Positions 10,866-20,394 of a DNA stretch of 64,000 bases are shown one piece after another. A program made the translations under genes and the position numbers. Within the stretch, counting starts at the first letter, position 1, and the number at the start of each line of letters is the position of its first letter. The DNA comes from an uncultured delta proteobacterium (GTDB lineage: Bacteria; Desulfobacterota; Binatia; UBA9968). The stretch spans positions 288,001-352,000 of the forward strand of contig CAVUZH010000013.1 in NCBI GenBank assembly GCA_963745835.1. Reading direction: 5' to 3'. A model generated the notes under the pieces. That model searched no databases, was not told the DNA's origin, and saw nothing but the letters and a program-made list of their open reading frames with translations.

Positions 10866-13700
10866 TCATCCTTCATCCTTTTTTAAATAATAGGCCTCTA
10901 ACGCCGGCTTGTATGAGCGGGGCAGCCAGTAAGGGCGGCGCAGATTGTCCGGCCCCGGTGCGGGGCGGGTTTTCAGCAGCCACTTTTTGTAGACCTCGTG
11001 GGATTTGTTGGTATCGACGAAAACGTCGCCATACTTGTCACCGGCGCCGGGTTTTGTGACGCGGACCTTTTGATGCCAGCAGTGCTGGCCGCTGATGAAG
11101 TCCGGCTGTACCGGGAACGTCAGATTCTGATGTACGCCGCCGTCTTGCCAAAAAATTCTTTCCGAATCGGGATCCTCGCTTTTGAAAGGTTGCACGCCGT
11201 GAACGTGGCGCATTAACCATTTGCCCGGTTCTGTTTGTTGTAAGTCGACCAACGCGGTGGACCAGCGTTCGCCGCCGGAATTTTCCTGCAATCGCCAGCG
11301 ACCGAGATGATGAGAACACGCGATCACACCGGGCTTGATCCCTTCCGTCACCCAGACTTTGTCGACAAAGTAGCCAATTTCGGTGTTGATCTTAAGAAGA
11401 TCGCCGGTTTTAACGTCAAGAACTTCCGCGTCTTTGGAATTGAGCCAGATCGGGTTGCGATGAGAAATTTCATACAACCATTTGGCGTTACCGGAACGGG
11501 TATGGATCAAGGTCGGCAAACGGAATGTCGGCAACAACAACATCTCACCGGCATTAAAATCGATATTGTCGGGGTGAACGTGGCTTTTGATGTAACCCGG
11601 GATTGCGTATTCCGGCCAGCTCCAATCTTTTAATGTTTTTGAAAAGAACTCCAATTTGCGCGATGGTGTCGGAAAACCGGCGCATGCTCTGCCATCGATT
11701 TCTACGCCCAGAGCAACGCCGTTCTTGGCGACGATGCTTGTGGCCGGATCGATTGTGGCTCCTTCCATGTCCTGCGGCTTGATCCCTGTCTCATGAACAT
11801 TGTAAACGTCGTCTTCGATCAAGAAGGCGCCGAACCTACGCATGTACTCTAGCGGCGTCAATCCTTGTTGTTCCGCGGCCGCGGGAAGGCCGGGGACGCT
11901 GTTCTCAAAAATCCAACGATAGTAATCGTCCACCGTCATCTTTTTACCCGGCTCGTACGGTGATTCGAAATACTTTCGAATGCCGAGAGATCCGTCGGGA
12001 TCAACCCGCCATGAGAGTTCGATCCAAAATTCGTCTTCTTCCCAAACCTCACCAAGCCCAGCTTCGGCATGGGCCTGGTAGGTAAAATCGAATTTTTTAC
12101 CTTCTTTTTCTAAAGCCACTCTCAACACCGGTTGGCGAAAGCCAATCCAGCGCGCGGCCTGGGTTTCCTGGGACATGAGATCGTGCCGTTCGGACGCATG
12201 GCCCATGGGCAGAACGTAATCGGCAAACCAGGCAGTCTCGCTCCACGTTGGTGTCAAACATGCATGACGTTCGACTTTACTTTCATCAGTAAGCATTTCG
12301 ATCCAGCTCATGCCGTCGGGATTGGTCCAAACAGGGTTGTAGACGCGGGTAAAGTACATCGCCAGTTTGCCGCGACCTTCTTTGATGAAATGGGGCAGGA
12401 GAAAACTCATCTCGAAAAACGCCAGCGGATACTCCCGCGGCAGTAGCAGCTCGTTCCAGACTTTTGCCGGCGGCGGCATCAACGGCGGCGCAGGTATGTA
12501 CTTATTGGTGGCATTTGGCGCCGTGCCGCCCGGAGTTCCTACAGCCCCGACGAGCACCACCAGAAACTGCAGCGCGCGCGCCACCTGCCAACCGCCAAGA
12601 TTGCCGGCGGCGGCATTGCGCCACACGTGCGACGAAAACGCCGAGCCCGCGCGAGCGATTTCATGGGCGACTTCGACGAGAACTTGGGGATCGACACCGG
12701 CTTCTTTAGCGGCAAACTCGGGCGTGTAAGCGGCGTAGATCTGCTTCAAGACTGATACAAAGGAGAGGAACGTCTGGGGCTTGTCGGGATGCTCATGACG
12801 CAAATACTCCTCCCAATTGACCCATCTCCTGACAAAGTCACGATCGAAGAGATCTTCCTGCAGGAGAACATTGCACAGCGCGAGAAGAATCGCCGCCTCG
12901 CTGCCCGGCCACGATGACAGCCAGTAGTCTGCTTTCGACGCCGTATTGGATAGCCGTGTATCGATCACACAGATCTTGGCGCCACGCTCCTTGCCTTCGA
13001 TGATGCGCTGGGCGTGCGGATTGAAATAATGTCCGGTTTCAAGATGAGAGCTGAGCAACAGCATGAAGCGAGCATTGGCGTGATCCGGCGAAGGCCGGTC
13101 GATGCCCGACCACAAGGCATAGCCGGCGCGAGCGCCGGCTGAGCAGACGTTGGTGTGGCTGTTATGGCCGTCGATGCCCCACGAATGTAAGATCCGCTGA
13201 TGGTAGAGCAATTCGTGACCCGGTCTGCCGACGTGGTACATAATTTCGTTGCGGCGCTCTTCTTGAAGCGCTTTGCGCACCCGCGCCGCAATATCATCGA
13301 GAACTTCGTCCCATGAGACCCGTTCCCATTTGCCTTCGCCTCGTTTGCCAACCCGCCTGAGTGGATACTTGATGCGTTCCGGATCGGTCACTTGATTAAG
13401 AGTTGCCGGACCTTTGGCGCAGTTGCGTCCTCTGCTGCCGGGATGTTCAGGATTACCTTCGAAGCGTCGAATACGATGGCTGTCTTTCTCGACGATCGCG
13501 ACCAGACCGCAAGCCGCCTCGCAATTAAAACAGATGGTCGGAATGATCCGGCAGTGTTTCTCAACTTTTCTTGGCCATTGGGCGGTGTCGTATTCCACCC
13601 AATCGTCCCATTTCTCGACAGCGGGAAAATTGGCCAGCCCGCTACTCGCGCGTTCGAGGTTGGCTGCAGCCGGATGAAGTGGGGTACGAGTGTCATTCAT
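10866..13700 (-). CDS. Mo/W-bisPGD (DMSO reductase superfamily) oxidoreductase catalytic subunit, PsrA/PhsA-like
   Basis: CFNCEAAC...CAKG [4Fe-4S] motif; HNSHTNVCS (putative Cys ligand); ETAWFADYVLP; C-terminal MGD-binding domain; no twin-Arg signal. Confidence 0.9.
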   Translation of the reverse strand: MNDTRTPLHPAAANLERASSGLANFPAVEKWDDWVEYDTAQWPRKVEKHCRIIPTICFNCEAACGLVAIVEKDSHRIRRFEGNPEHPGSRGRNCAKGPATLNQVTDPERIKYPLRRVGKRGEGKWERVSWDEVLDDIAARVRKALQEERRNEIMYHVGRPGHELLYHQRILHSWGIDGHNSHTNVCSAGARAGYALWSGIDRPSPDHANARFMLLLSSHLETGHYFNPHAQRIIEGKERGAKICVIDTRLSNTASKADYWLSSWPGSEAAILLALCNVLLQEDLFDRDFVRRWVNWEEYLRHEHPDKPQTFLSFVSVLKQIYAAYTPEFAAKEAGVDPQVLVEVAHEIARAGSAFSSHVWRNAAAGNLGGWQVARALQFLVVLVGAVGTPGGTAPNATNKYIPAPPLMPPPAKVWNELLLPREYPLAFFEMSFLLPHFIKEGRGKLAMYFTRVYNPVWTNPDGMSWIEMLTDESKVERHACLTPTWSETAWFADYVLPMGHASERHDLMSQETQAARWIGFRQPVLRVALEKEGKKFDFTYQAHAEAGLGEVWEEDEFWIELSWRVDPDGSLGIRKYFESPYEPGKKMTVDDYYRWIFENSVPGLPAAAEQQGLTPLEYMRRFGAFLIEDDVYNVHETGIKPQDMEGATIDPATSIVAKNGVALGVEIDGRACAGFPTPSRKLEFFSKTLKDWSWPEYAIPGYIKSHVHPDNIDFNAGEMLLLPTFRLPTLIHTRSGNAKWLYEISHRNPIWLNSKDAEVLDVKTGDLLKINTEIGYFVDKVWVTEGIKPGVIACSHHLGRWRLQENSGGERWSTALVDLQQTEPGKWLMRHVHGVQPFKSEDPDSERIFWQDGGVHQNLTFPVQPDFISGQHCWHQKVRVTKPGAGDKYGDVFVDTNKSHEVYKKWLLKTRPAPGPDNLRRPYWLPRSYKPALEAYYLKKDEG

Positions 13701-13712
13701 TTGAAATCCTTC

Positions 13713-15236
13713 TTAGCTTAAGGGTAGCGCCTGGCCCGCCTTGATCCACAGATGCTCGTACATCCACAAGCCAAACAGCGCCAAAACTGCGGCGATCACA
13801 TTCGGGAACACCGAACCTATCGGCAATAGGATCAACAGCACCGGCAGGATGGTGCCGAGCCCGATCACGAATATCCAAAATGATTTTCGCAGCGCTCCTT
13901 TGGTCAACAATTCGCCCGCTCGCACTGCGTCGTCGGCGCCATGCTTCAAAAACAGCTCGGCAAAAATCATCCCGACGCTGACGAGCAGCGAGATCACGAG
14001 CAAGTTAGCCAGCCAGTAAAACATCGGCACGGTGACTCCGGTAAAAACGCCCACCAAAGTAAGCATCGCCGCGCCGGCTATGATCGCCTGCGCCAGCAGA
14101 TGCCAAAACAGCAGCGGACTTTGCCAGAAATCTCTTCCCCGAGCCTGAGCGAAGAGAAATGCCGAATACCCAGCTGAGGCGATCGCAAATAACGCCGCCG
14201 CCCAGATCACGACGTTGGAGACAGTGCCGGTGAGAACTCTTTGCCCCAGCCATAACGCTGCCAAAGCTCCGAAAATCATCAGGACATAGCCGCCTAATGT
14301 TAACCACGAGTTCAAATTGGGTTTAGTCAGCAAGAAAAAAAACCGCGACGGTTTTTTGAGATCGAATACCAGCAGCAACATCGTCGCAGTAAGAAAAATT
14401 AACGAAATGATCGGGCTGAAGAAATTCAGAACCAACTCGTCGTGTTGGAAACCCATGTTCAAAAACAACGTCGAGAGTAGCAGCACACCCGCGGCAATGG
14501 ATTTGGTCCAAAGGTAGGTCGCGATCTTTTTCCCCCAGGGAATCATATGCGGCACGTCGTAGACCTCGCGGGCGCCGCCCGGGACCGGCCTGTCGGCTCT
14601 GCCACTGCCTAATGCATAAAGGTCTTCGCCAGGCGGCTTCTCCGCCCAGAAATGGCTCGACTGCGGTTCCATCATCGCCGGGGTGAGCAAGTCGCCCTCA
14701 ACGCCGGCGTAGAAGAGTTTTGGTTTCGTCCCTTTCTCCGGCTTGCGAACCGTGACTTTGTCCATGGCGATGCGCCGGCTGATATCGCTCTGCGGATCGT
14801 CGAGATCTCCCGACAGGATCGCTTGCGTCGGACACACCACTTCGCAAGCGGGCTTATAGCCCATCTCGACTCGAGATGCGTCGAAGTTACACTTAGCCGC
14901 CGTGTTACGATCCGGATCGATATAAAGCGCGTCGTAGGGGCATGCTTGCATGCAGGATTTGCAACCGATGCAGCGCTCGTGGTCGAAGTCGACAATGCCG
15001 TCGGGCCGGCGAAAAAGTGCCACGGTCGGGCAGATCTCGATGCACGGCGCATCGTCACAGTGATTGCAGCGAAGCACGGCAAAGTGGCGCCGGGTTTCTG
15101 GATAAACCCCTTTTTCGACGTACTTCACCCAAGTCCGGTTCACTCCGACGGCAATATTGTGTTCTTCCTTGCATGCCACCGTGCAGGCATGACAACCGAT
15201 GCAACGGTTCTGATCGATGACAAATCCGTAGCGCAT
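13713..15236 (-). CDS. Fused 4x[Fe-S] ferredoxin (NrfC/PsrB-like) + NrfD/PsrC membrane anchor
   Basis: CIGCHACTVAC, CNHCDDAPCIEIC, CIGCKSCMQAC, KCNFD...PACEVVCP, then PWGKKIATYLWTKSIAAG and about 8 TM helices. Confidence 0.9.
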   Translation of the reverse strand: MRYGFVIDQNRCIGCHACTVACKEEHNIAVGVNRTWVKYVEKGVYPETRRHFAVLRCNHCDDAPCIEICPTVALFRRPDGIVDFDHERCIGCKSCMQACPYDALYIDPDRNTAAKCNFDASRVEMGYKPACEVVCPTQAILSGDLDDPQSDISRRIAMDKVTVRKPEKGTKPKLFYAGVEGDLLTPAMMEPQSSHFWAEKPPGEDLYALGSGRADRPVPGGAREVYDVPHMIPWGKKIATYLWTKSIAAGVLLLSTLFLNMGFQHDELVLNFFSPIISLIFLTATMLLLVFDLKKPSRFFFLLTKPNLNSWLTLGGYVLMIFGALAALWLGQRVLTGTVSNVVIWAAALFAIASAGYSAFLFAQARGRDFWQSPLLFWHLLAQAIIAGAAMLTLVGVFTGVTVPMFYWLANLLVISLLVSVGMIFAELFLKHGADDAVRAGELLTKGALRKSFWIFVIGLGTILPVLLILLPIGSVFPNVIAAVLALFGLWMYEHLWIKAGQALPLS

Positions 15237-15715
15237 TGAGAACCTTTCTAGTGAATTCGGAGAAAAGGTGGCCGCGTAGCTTGATTTTGATAGCAGAGAA
15301 ATTCGCAAAGCGTCAACCGCTTAGCAAAGATATCGAGTAAATGAACTCCTGCGTTAATTTTTTCGGGTCGAAAATGCCGGAGGGATGATATCTTCGTTGT
15401 CCTTCCCGCCCAATCACGCCCCAGCCATCCCACGCTCGTTTCGTGCAGGCTTCAGCTGTCCAAAACAATTCTCCATTATCTAAGTTCTCGCTTGAGAAGT
15501 GAGCATTGAAAGACGAATAAACCAGCGGTAATTTTCGCAGCATTTGGGCAAACGAAAGAGACGGACTACAGGGGACAAAGAGCAAAAAATCAAAATAGCA
15601 ATCAAACGATTCTTGTACGGCATCTCAATATCCGTAGCTCTCTACCCGTCAATTCGAAGACGGCTTTGCAATGAGTGTCACTATAAGTCTCTTTCCTAAT
15701 CGCGGCCAAGAGATT

Positions 15716-15790
15716 CGGATCAGACTCGCGTTGTCACGGGCTCGGCACGAATGACATTACAGATACGTTGAATCGATGAGACGATACTAG
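15716..15790. repeat. Degenerate REP/MITE-like repeat (GGAT...GGCTCGGC..GAATGACA...ACTAG)
   Basis: Resembles 43670-43757; its terminal CTAG overlaps the stop codon of the cysteine dioxygenase. Confidence 0.4.
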
Positions 15791-16350
15791 ATCCCAGTCC
15801 CATAATTGTACAGCTCAGCTGATACGGAACGGACGTCTATGTCGTAAAGTCTGTAAATATTCATACGGCCAAGTGGCGGCACGTATACGTGTAACGAAAT
15901 CGCGTCACACCGTCCTGGCTGAAGGTTCGAAACCTGATGAATGGTGGACGGCTCTTCAATCTGAACGTCACCCGATTGGTAGTCAGTTGATGCCACCGGC
16001 TTAATCATTCCGTTAAGGGCTGGCGTAAATAGACTTTCAGTTAGTATACCTCGAATTATTTTTACGCCGCCCAAAGAATCTCCATGATCATGAATCAGAG
16101 ATCTTTGACCACTTTTCCAACAAATCATCAAAATCTCAAATTGCTTATCCCTCACGACTATGTTTCTCGAATAACGATCCTCACTAAAGGACGCATGCTC
16201 AGATATCTCCTCTTCTGTAACGATCAACCTCTGGAGTACTTCGATCATTCTAGAACGCGTCATGACAGAGACATCTCTTTTCAGTAGTCCAATCAAATCT
16301 GTTAGTGAAAGTTTCGCAGTCGATTCGTAAGCCATTTTCAATATCTGCAT
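15787..16350 (-). CDS. Cysteine dioxygenase type I (Arg-type)
   Basis: RYSRN, ICWKSGQRSLIHDH, IHQVSN and the SLHVY triad; region visibly AT-richer than flanks. Confidence 0.88.
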   Translation of the reverse strand: MQILKMAYESTAKLSLTDLIGLLKRDVSVMTRSRMIEVLQRLIVTEEEISEHASFSEDRYSRNIVVRDKQFEILMICWKSGQRSLIHDHGDSLGGVKIIRGILTESLFTPALNGMIKPVASTDYQSGDVQIEEPSTIHQVSNLQPGRCDAISLHVYVPPLGRMNIYRLYDIDVRSVSAELYNYGTGI

Positions 16351-16439
16351 TTTGGGTGTGCTTTGATCAATTAACTTATTTGATGGTTTCTTAAGCCTAC
16401 GATGTTGCTCCCTTCACGTGTCCTGGGTTCTGGGATGGA

Positions 16440-16925
16440 CTCTCTTAAATTGATATTATAGAATTCGTCTTCATGTGATGCGTTCCTCGTTAAAGAGCTT
16501 GCGCAAAACGACGACGCCTTCTCCATTCGTCGCACAAGCTCGTTGACTTTGATTCCCGTCATCGCGTGTTCGAGTGCCTGAACCGGACTCTGCTCGTTCG
16601 GCCCGCCTAGGCAGACCACTAGCCAAGCCCGCCCGTTGGTGATCACGTCCAAACTCGCCCATTGCTGGGCAAAAAGAACCGGGTGCCGATGAACAACCGT
16701 AACCATGCCCCCACGGCCAGGCGCACCTTACTCGTGACGGCCGCAAGTGCGAACAAAAGAGTTACAGATTCAAGTCGAGGTTTGGCCAGCAGACTGTCCC
16801 CAACCCATACCGTGTCGAATACTTCCGAGCTCTCGGCGCGCTGGGCCATGTCAAGGAGATCGCCTACTTTGATTGCACAGATAATGACACGGTTGGCTAA
16901 AGTTAGTCCAAAGGATGTAAAACAT
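16440..16925 (-). pseudogene. LLM-class flavin-dependent oxidoreductase remnant
   Basis: FGLTLANR, FDTVWVGDSLLAKPRLESVTLL, RHPVLFAQQWASLDVI spread over several frames; C-terminal half missing. Confidence 0.85.
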
Positions 16926-17068
16926 CGTTATCCTTATGATTGCTGCCCGTAATTCTCTGGTCTACGGCAGGTCACCCACCAATAGTTTGATCTCACCTAA
17001 ATTAGTACCCATTTCAGTAGGGCGTAGCCACTTGTCAGCCTATTTTCAACGCAGAATCACCCGTTCTT

Positions 17069-17448
17069 GCGCAAGAGCTGAAAAACGACTTCGTAGACCA
17101 TCGCACGCTCATCTTTTTCATCCTCTGCCCTCAAATGTGTACCCACATTGGTTCCCGACCGCAAAGTTTCTTTTCCTTAAGTGCTTTTTTCAGCAGCCTG
17201 CTAGGCTATAAAACTGAAGAACTCGGATTCAAACTGATCAAAGAAGGTGATTTGTTCAAAGCCCAGTCTTACCCAAAACAACAGTATGGAAAAGATATCA
17301 CATATGGTGGGCACTCTTTATATATATCTAACTAAGAAAGGGCAGGTTGTCCATTTTGAAAAAGTGATTTAAGCGCGGCGCGAGACGCGTGGCGAGGCTC
17401 AGGCTTTCTAACCTACAATTCGCTCTGTTTGTTTTTTCAGCCTTGCGC
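17069..17448. repeat. Inverted-repeat-bounded segment containing an isolated MITE end
   Basis: GCGCAAGAGCTGAAAAAC (17069-17086) pairs with GTTTTTTCAGCCTTGCGC (17431-17448); internal TTTTTCAGCAGCCTGCTAG ends at 17204. Confidence 0.45.
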
Positions 17449-17475
17449 GAGCGCCACTCCGCGATGAACATTTCT

Positions 17476-18447
17476 CTACCGTTGGGCGAAGTAACCAGCC
17501 TGCTCTAAGGCCTTAATCAAACTATGATCAAGAAAATCATTGGGGTTGGTTATCTTGGCGTTGGGGTGTTCGCTTTGCCTTAGAATTTCCGCGATGCCTT
17601 CGTGTGTGGAGTAAGGCGGACGCGCAGTATAGTCCAGACCGTACTGATAGGTAGCTTCCAAAATCTCATCCTCCGTGTCGCGGTTGTATTTTTGCAGAAC
17701 TTTCTTGGCGAAACCCTTGTCGATTACCATTCGGTGGATTCCTTCGGAGTACCCTTTTAAGAAGTTAAGCACGGTTTCTCGATTGGAGTGCAGATAGGAC
17801 CGGCGAGTAAAGATGCTTGAATGGGGAAAATGAACGCCTGCCTGGGCCACATTGATTAGGACTTTAGCCCCGGCTTTCCCGGCCCTGAGATTGGTGGGGG
17901 GGGTAAAGGGTGCGGCGACAATAAGTCTCTTAGAGATTGCCGCCGCCAGCTCCGCCATGCCACCGACTTGCAGAATGTTAACATCTCTGTCCGGATCAAT
18001 TTTGGCATTTCTTAGAATGTAACGGGTGGTGAAGTCCGTCGAAGAACCAAAGCGAGTTACCCCTACAGTCTTACCTTTCAGTTCCGCGACGGACTGTATC
18101 TCCGGCAAGGCCATAAAATAAAAGGCCGGCGCATTGGCTACACCACCGATGATTACCAGGTCAGCACCGGCCAAAGTCGCGTCCACTACCGGTTTGCCTC
18201 CGCCGACTCCAATCGCCAACTCCCCGGCTAGTAGAGCGCTTACGACCATAGACGCACCGGGGATATAAATAAGTCTTACGTCAAGTCCGTATTTTTCGAA
18301 TATCCTTCCCTCCGCAGCTACCCACAGAGCAGTGTGCAGTCCACCCACGGCCGGGTAATTGACGTTCAATCTGACTCGACTGGCCTGAGAAAGGAGAGGC
18401 GCTGGATAGAGAAGAAGAAGAAACGTCACCACAAGGAATCGCATCAT
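17476..18447 (-). CDS. ABC substrate-binding protein (SsuA/NMT1/THI5-like)
   Basis: Signal peptide, IFEKYGLDV, LKGKTVGVTRFGSSTD. Confidence 0.9.
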   Translation of the reverse strand: MMRFLVVTFLLLLYPAPLLSQASRVRLNVNYPAVGGLHTALWVAAEGRIFEKYGLDVRLIYIPGASMVVSALLAGELAIGVGGGKPVVDATLAGADLVIIGGVANAPAFYFMALPEIQSVAELKGKTVGVTRFGSSTDFTTRYILRNAKIDPDRDVNILQVGGMAELAAAISKRLIVAAPFTPPTNLRAGKAGAKVLINVAQAGVHFPHSSIFTRRSYLHSNRETVLNFLKGYSEGIHRMVIDKGFAKKVLQKYNRDTEDEILEATYQYGLDYTARPPYSTHEGIAEILRQSEHPNAKITNPNDFLDHSLIKALEQAGYFAQR

Positions 18448-18470
18448 GGTGCACTCCTTTGTCAGGTGAC

Positions 18471-19643
18471 CTATGTCGGGATATCCTGTAGGAACATCTC
18501 GCGAGGCAACTCAGTCCCTATCCCTTTTTGACGGGCACCCTCAAAAATGCGGCCGCCAACGCTTGCGAACTGGACTCCCTGGATGCCGGCGCTCGGTCCG
18601 ATCTCACCTTCGAGGGTGCCGAAAGACTGAGTCGCCAGGGTGGTGATCTCGTCATTGCTGGCGCGACGATACGGCTCTCCCGTCTCCCAATTGACGCAAT
18701 CGACATAGCGACCGTAGGGATAGCGCTGACGCTCCTTGATGCCCTGCGTCACCCAACTGCTAAGTGGGATCTTAGCTCGCTCCTCGGGCGTTCCTGCGGT
18801 ATAGCTCATGACGTTCATACGGATGGCGAAGTCGTCGTCAACGTAACCTGCTACAGAAGGCGGCGTCCGTCTGAGCACAAGACCGACGGTATTGATGCGG
18901 GCGCATACGTCCGGGCCGAGTTCCCATGACATAACATTGCTGATGTGCGTTCCTGGTTCTAGCCAGTCCCCTTCGATGACAGGTGTCATCGAGTTAGTGC
19001 AGGCGGCAACAATATCTGCGTCGCGAACAGCTTCTTTCGCGCTGTCAACAGGCACCACTTCGCAGCCAACCTTTGCGGCTATTTCCCTGGCGTACTTTTC
19101 CCCGTTTATCCTTGTTGGACTGAATACTTTGATGGTTTTGATCGGGCGCACAACGCTGAAGGTCTCTGCAAAGCTTCGCGCCATCCCGCCTGAGCCAAGC
19201 ATACCAAGGACCTTTGCGTCCGGCTTTGCCAGGTACTTAGCCCCGATGGCAGCGTTTGCAGCGACGCGCAGGTGCTGGATATATCCGTCATTCATAATCG
19301 CCAGCAGTTCTGCATTTTCTACGCTGTAGAGCAGCACTAACCCGCCGTAAAGTCCGGGCTTGTAGCAGTAGGTGACCCGACGAGTAACCCCATTAATGAT
19401 GGGCCAGGAGAGAATATCGGGCTTGATGCGCAAGGCGTAATAGCCTGGCATCCGCATGCCACCTTCCATGGAGCTAAAGGAGAAAAACTCATCCGGACGG
19501 GAGGTGGGTATGAGGTTGTCGATGCGTGGACGTCGAATGCCATCGCCACGTGCAAGCTGACGAATACCTTCTTCCAGGCCGTCAATAGCTTCCCGCGCTG
19601 TGATCGCTTGCTCTTGGTCTTGGTTGTTCAGAAATAGTGGCAT
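18471..19643 (-). CDS. Ornithine cyclodeaminase/mu-crystallin family protein
   Basis: AAGGA RBS before MPLFLNNQD; HLRVAANAAIGAKYLA, LGSGGMA, DIVAACTNS, GIQGVQFASVG. Confidence 0.85.
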   Translation of the reverse strand: MPLFLNNQDQEQAITAREAIDGLEEGIRQLARGDGIRRPRIDNLIPTSRPDEFFSFSSMEGGMRMPGYYALRIKPDILSWPIINGVTRRVTYCYKPGLYGGLVLLYSVENAELLAIMNDGYIQHLRVAANAAIGAKYLAKPDAKVLGMLGSGGMARSFAETFSVVRPIKTIKVFSPTRINGEKYAREIAAKVGCEVVPVDSAKEAVRDADIVAACTNSMTPVIEGDWLEPGTHISNVMSWELGPDVCARINTVGLVLRRTPPSVAGYVDDDFAIRMNVMSYTAGTPEERAKIPLSSWVTQGIKERQRYPYGRYVDCVNWETGEPYRRASNDEITTLATQSFGTLEGEIGPSAGIQGVQFASVGGRIFEGARQKGIGTELPREMFLQDIPT

Positions 19644-19690
19644 AGCTTGTTCCTTTTTACTTTGTCGATGAGTCACACTTTGGGATTGTT

Positions 19691-19718
19691 TGTATACTGG
19701 GCGTTTTACCCTTGTCAA
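19691..19718 (-). promoter_or_regulatory. Candidate sigma70 promoter for the OCD-like gene
   Basis: TTGACA-16 nt-TATACA on the minus strand, about 50 nt upstream of the ATG at 19643. Confidence 0.35.
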
Positions 19719-19839
19719 CCGCCGCCGCTCTGCCTTGGCCGCCACTTCCACCTCCGTTAAAGATTTCGCCCGTTATTTCCTGTTTCCACCTTCCATTCCT
19801 TACTCGCCCTACACTAAACTATGGACGGGTAAGTGTGTC

Positions 19840-20060
19840 ATCCACAATGGCAGAGAGGGGTGCCAGGTCCAGTGGCGTTAAGATCAAGTCACCTTCTTCC
19901 ATTGGAAATTTTTCTCCCTCAACGACCGTTGAGGCCTGCCTCCCATGGGGGACAAACCGAATTGCCGCTAAGTTGTGCCGATGAGCTCGCGCGATCTCGC
20001 CGGAATTGACAATGGAAAATGAAAAATGCAGATTCCGCGATGTGGAATTTCCCGGAACGT
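19840..20060 (-). pseudogene. Gentisate 1,2-dioxygenase-like cupin internal fragment
   Basis: STSRNLHFSFSIVNSGEIARAHRHNLAAIRFV...VEGEKFPMEEGDLILTP; paralogous to 22480-22660. Confidence 0.8.
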
Positions 20061-20074
20061 TGGGGCGAGTTCCC

Positions 20075-20293
20075 ACGTGGTTGGAGCAAACAATTCTTCA
20101 GGCTCCATTTTTTCGCGCAAACACCGAGATCATACGCATATCTAAGAGAAGTTTTTAGGACATGTCGGTTCTTGCCCAGTCCGTAAACCCACGGGTCGAC
20201 TTTGAAGAACTCTTGTTCTTTATCGACATAGAAATCTCTCCACGCCAAGGTATGACTTCCTTCCGCCTGTAACCGCTCGTAAGCAAGTTGCAT
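20075..20293 (-). pseudogene. C-terminal fragment of a 4,5-dihydroxyphthalate decarboxylase (Pht5/OphC)-like protein
   Basis: DPWVYGLGKNRHVLKTSLRYAYDLG resembles the family C-terminal DPWPYG...NR motif. Confidence 0.6.
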
Positions 20294-20394
20294 GACACGT
20301 ACTTGACACGGGCTATGGGGGTTCGTTAAAAACTACGGCTGTACGAGTTCATTACTCGGAGATTTCTCATGCGACTCATTCCGCAGTTGTTAGA

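Noticed and set aside
10866-13700. Formate dehydrogenase
   Set aside because: Lacks the FDH C/U-H active-site dipeptide (has VCS), and no fdhD or fdhE is nearby.
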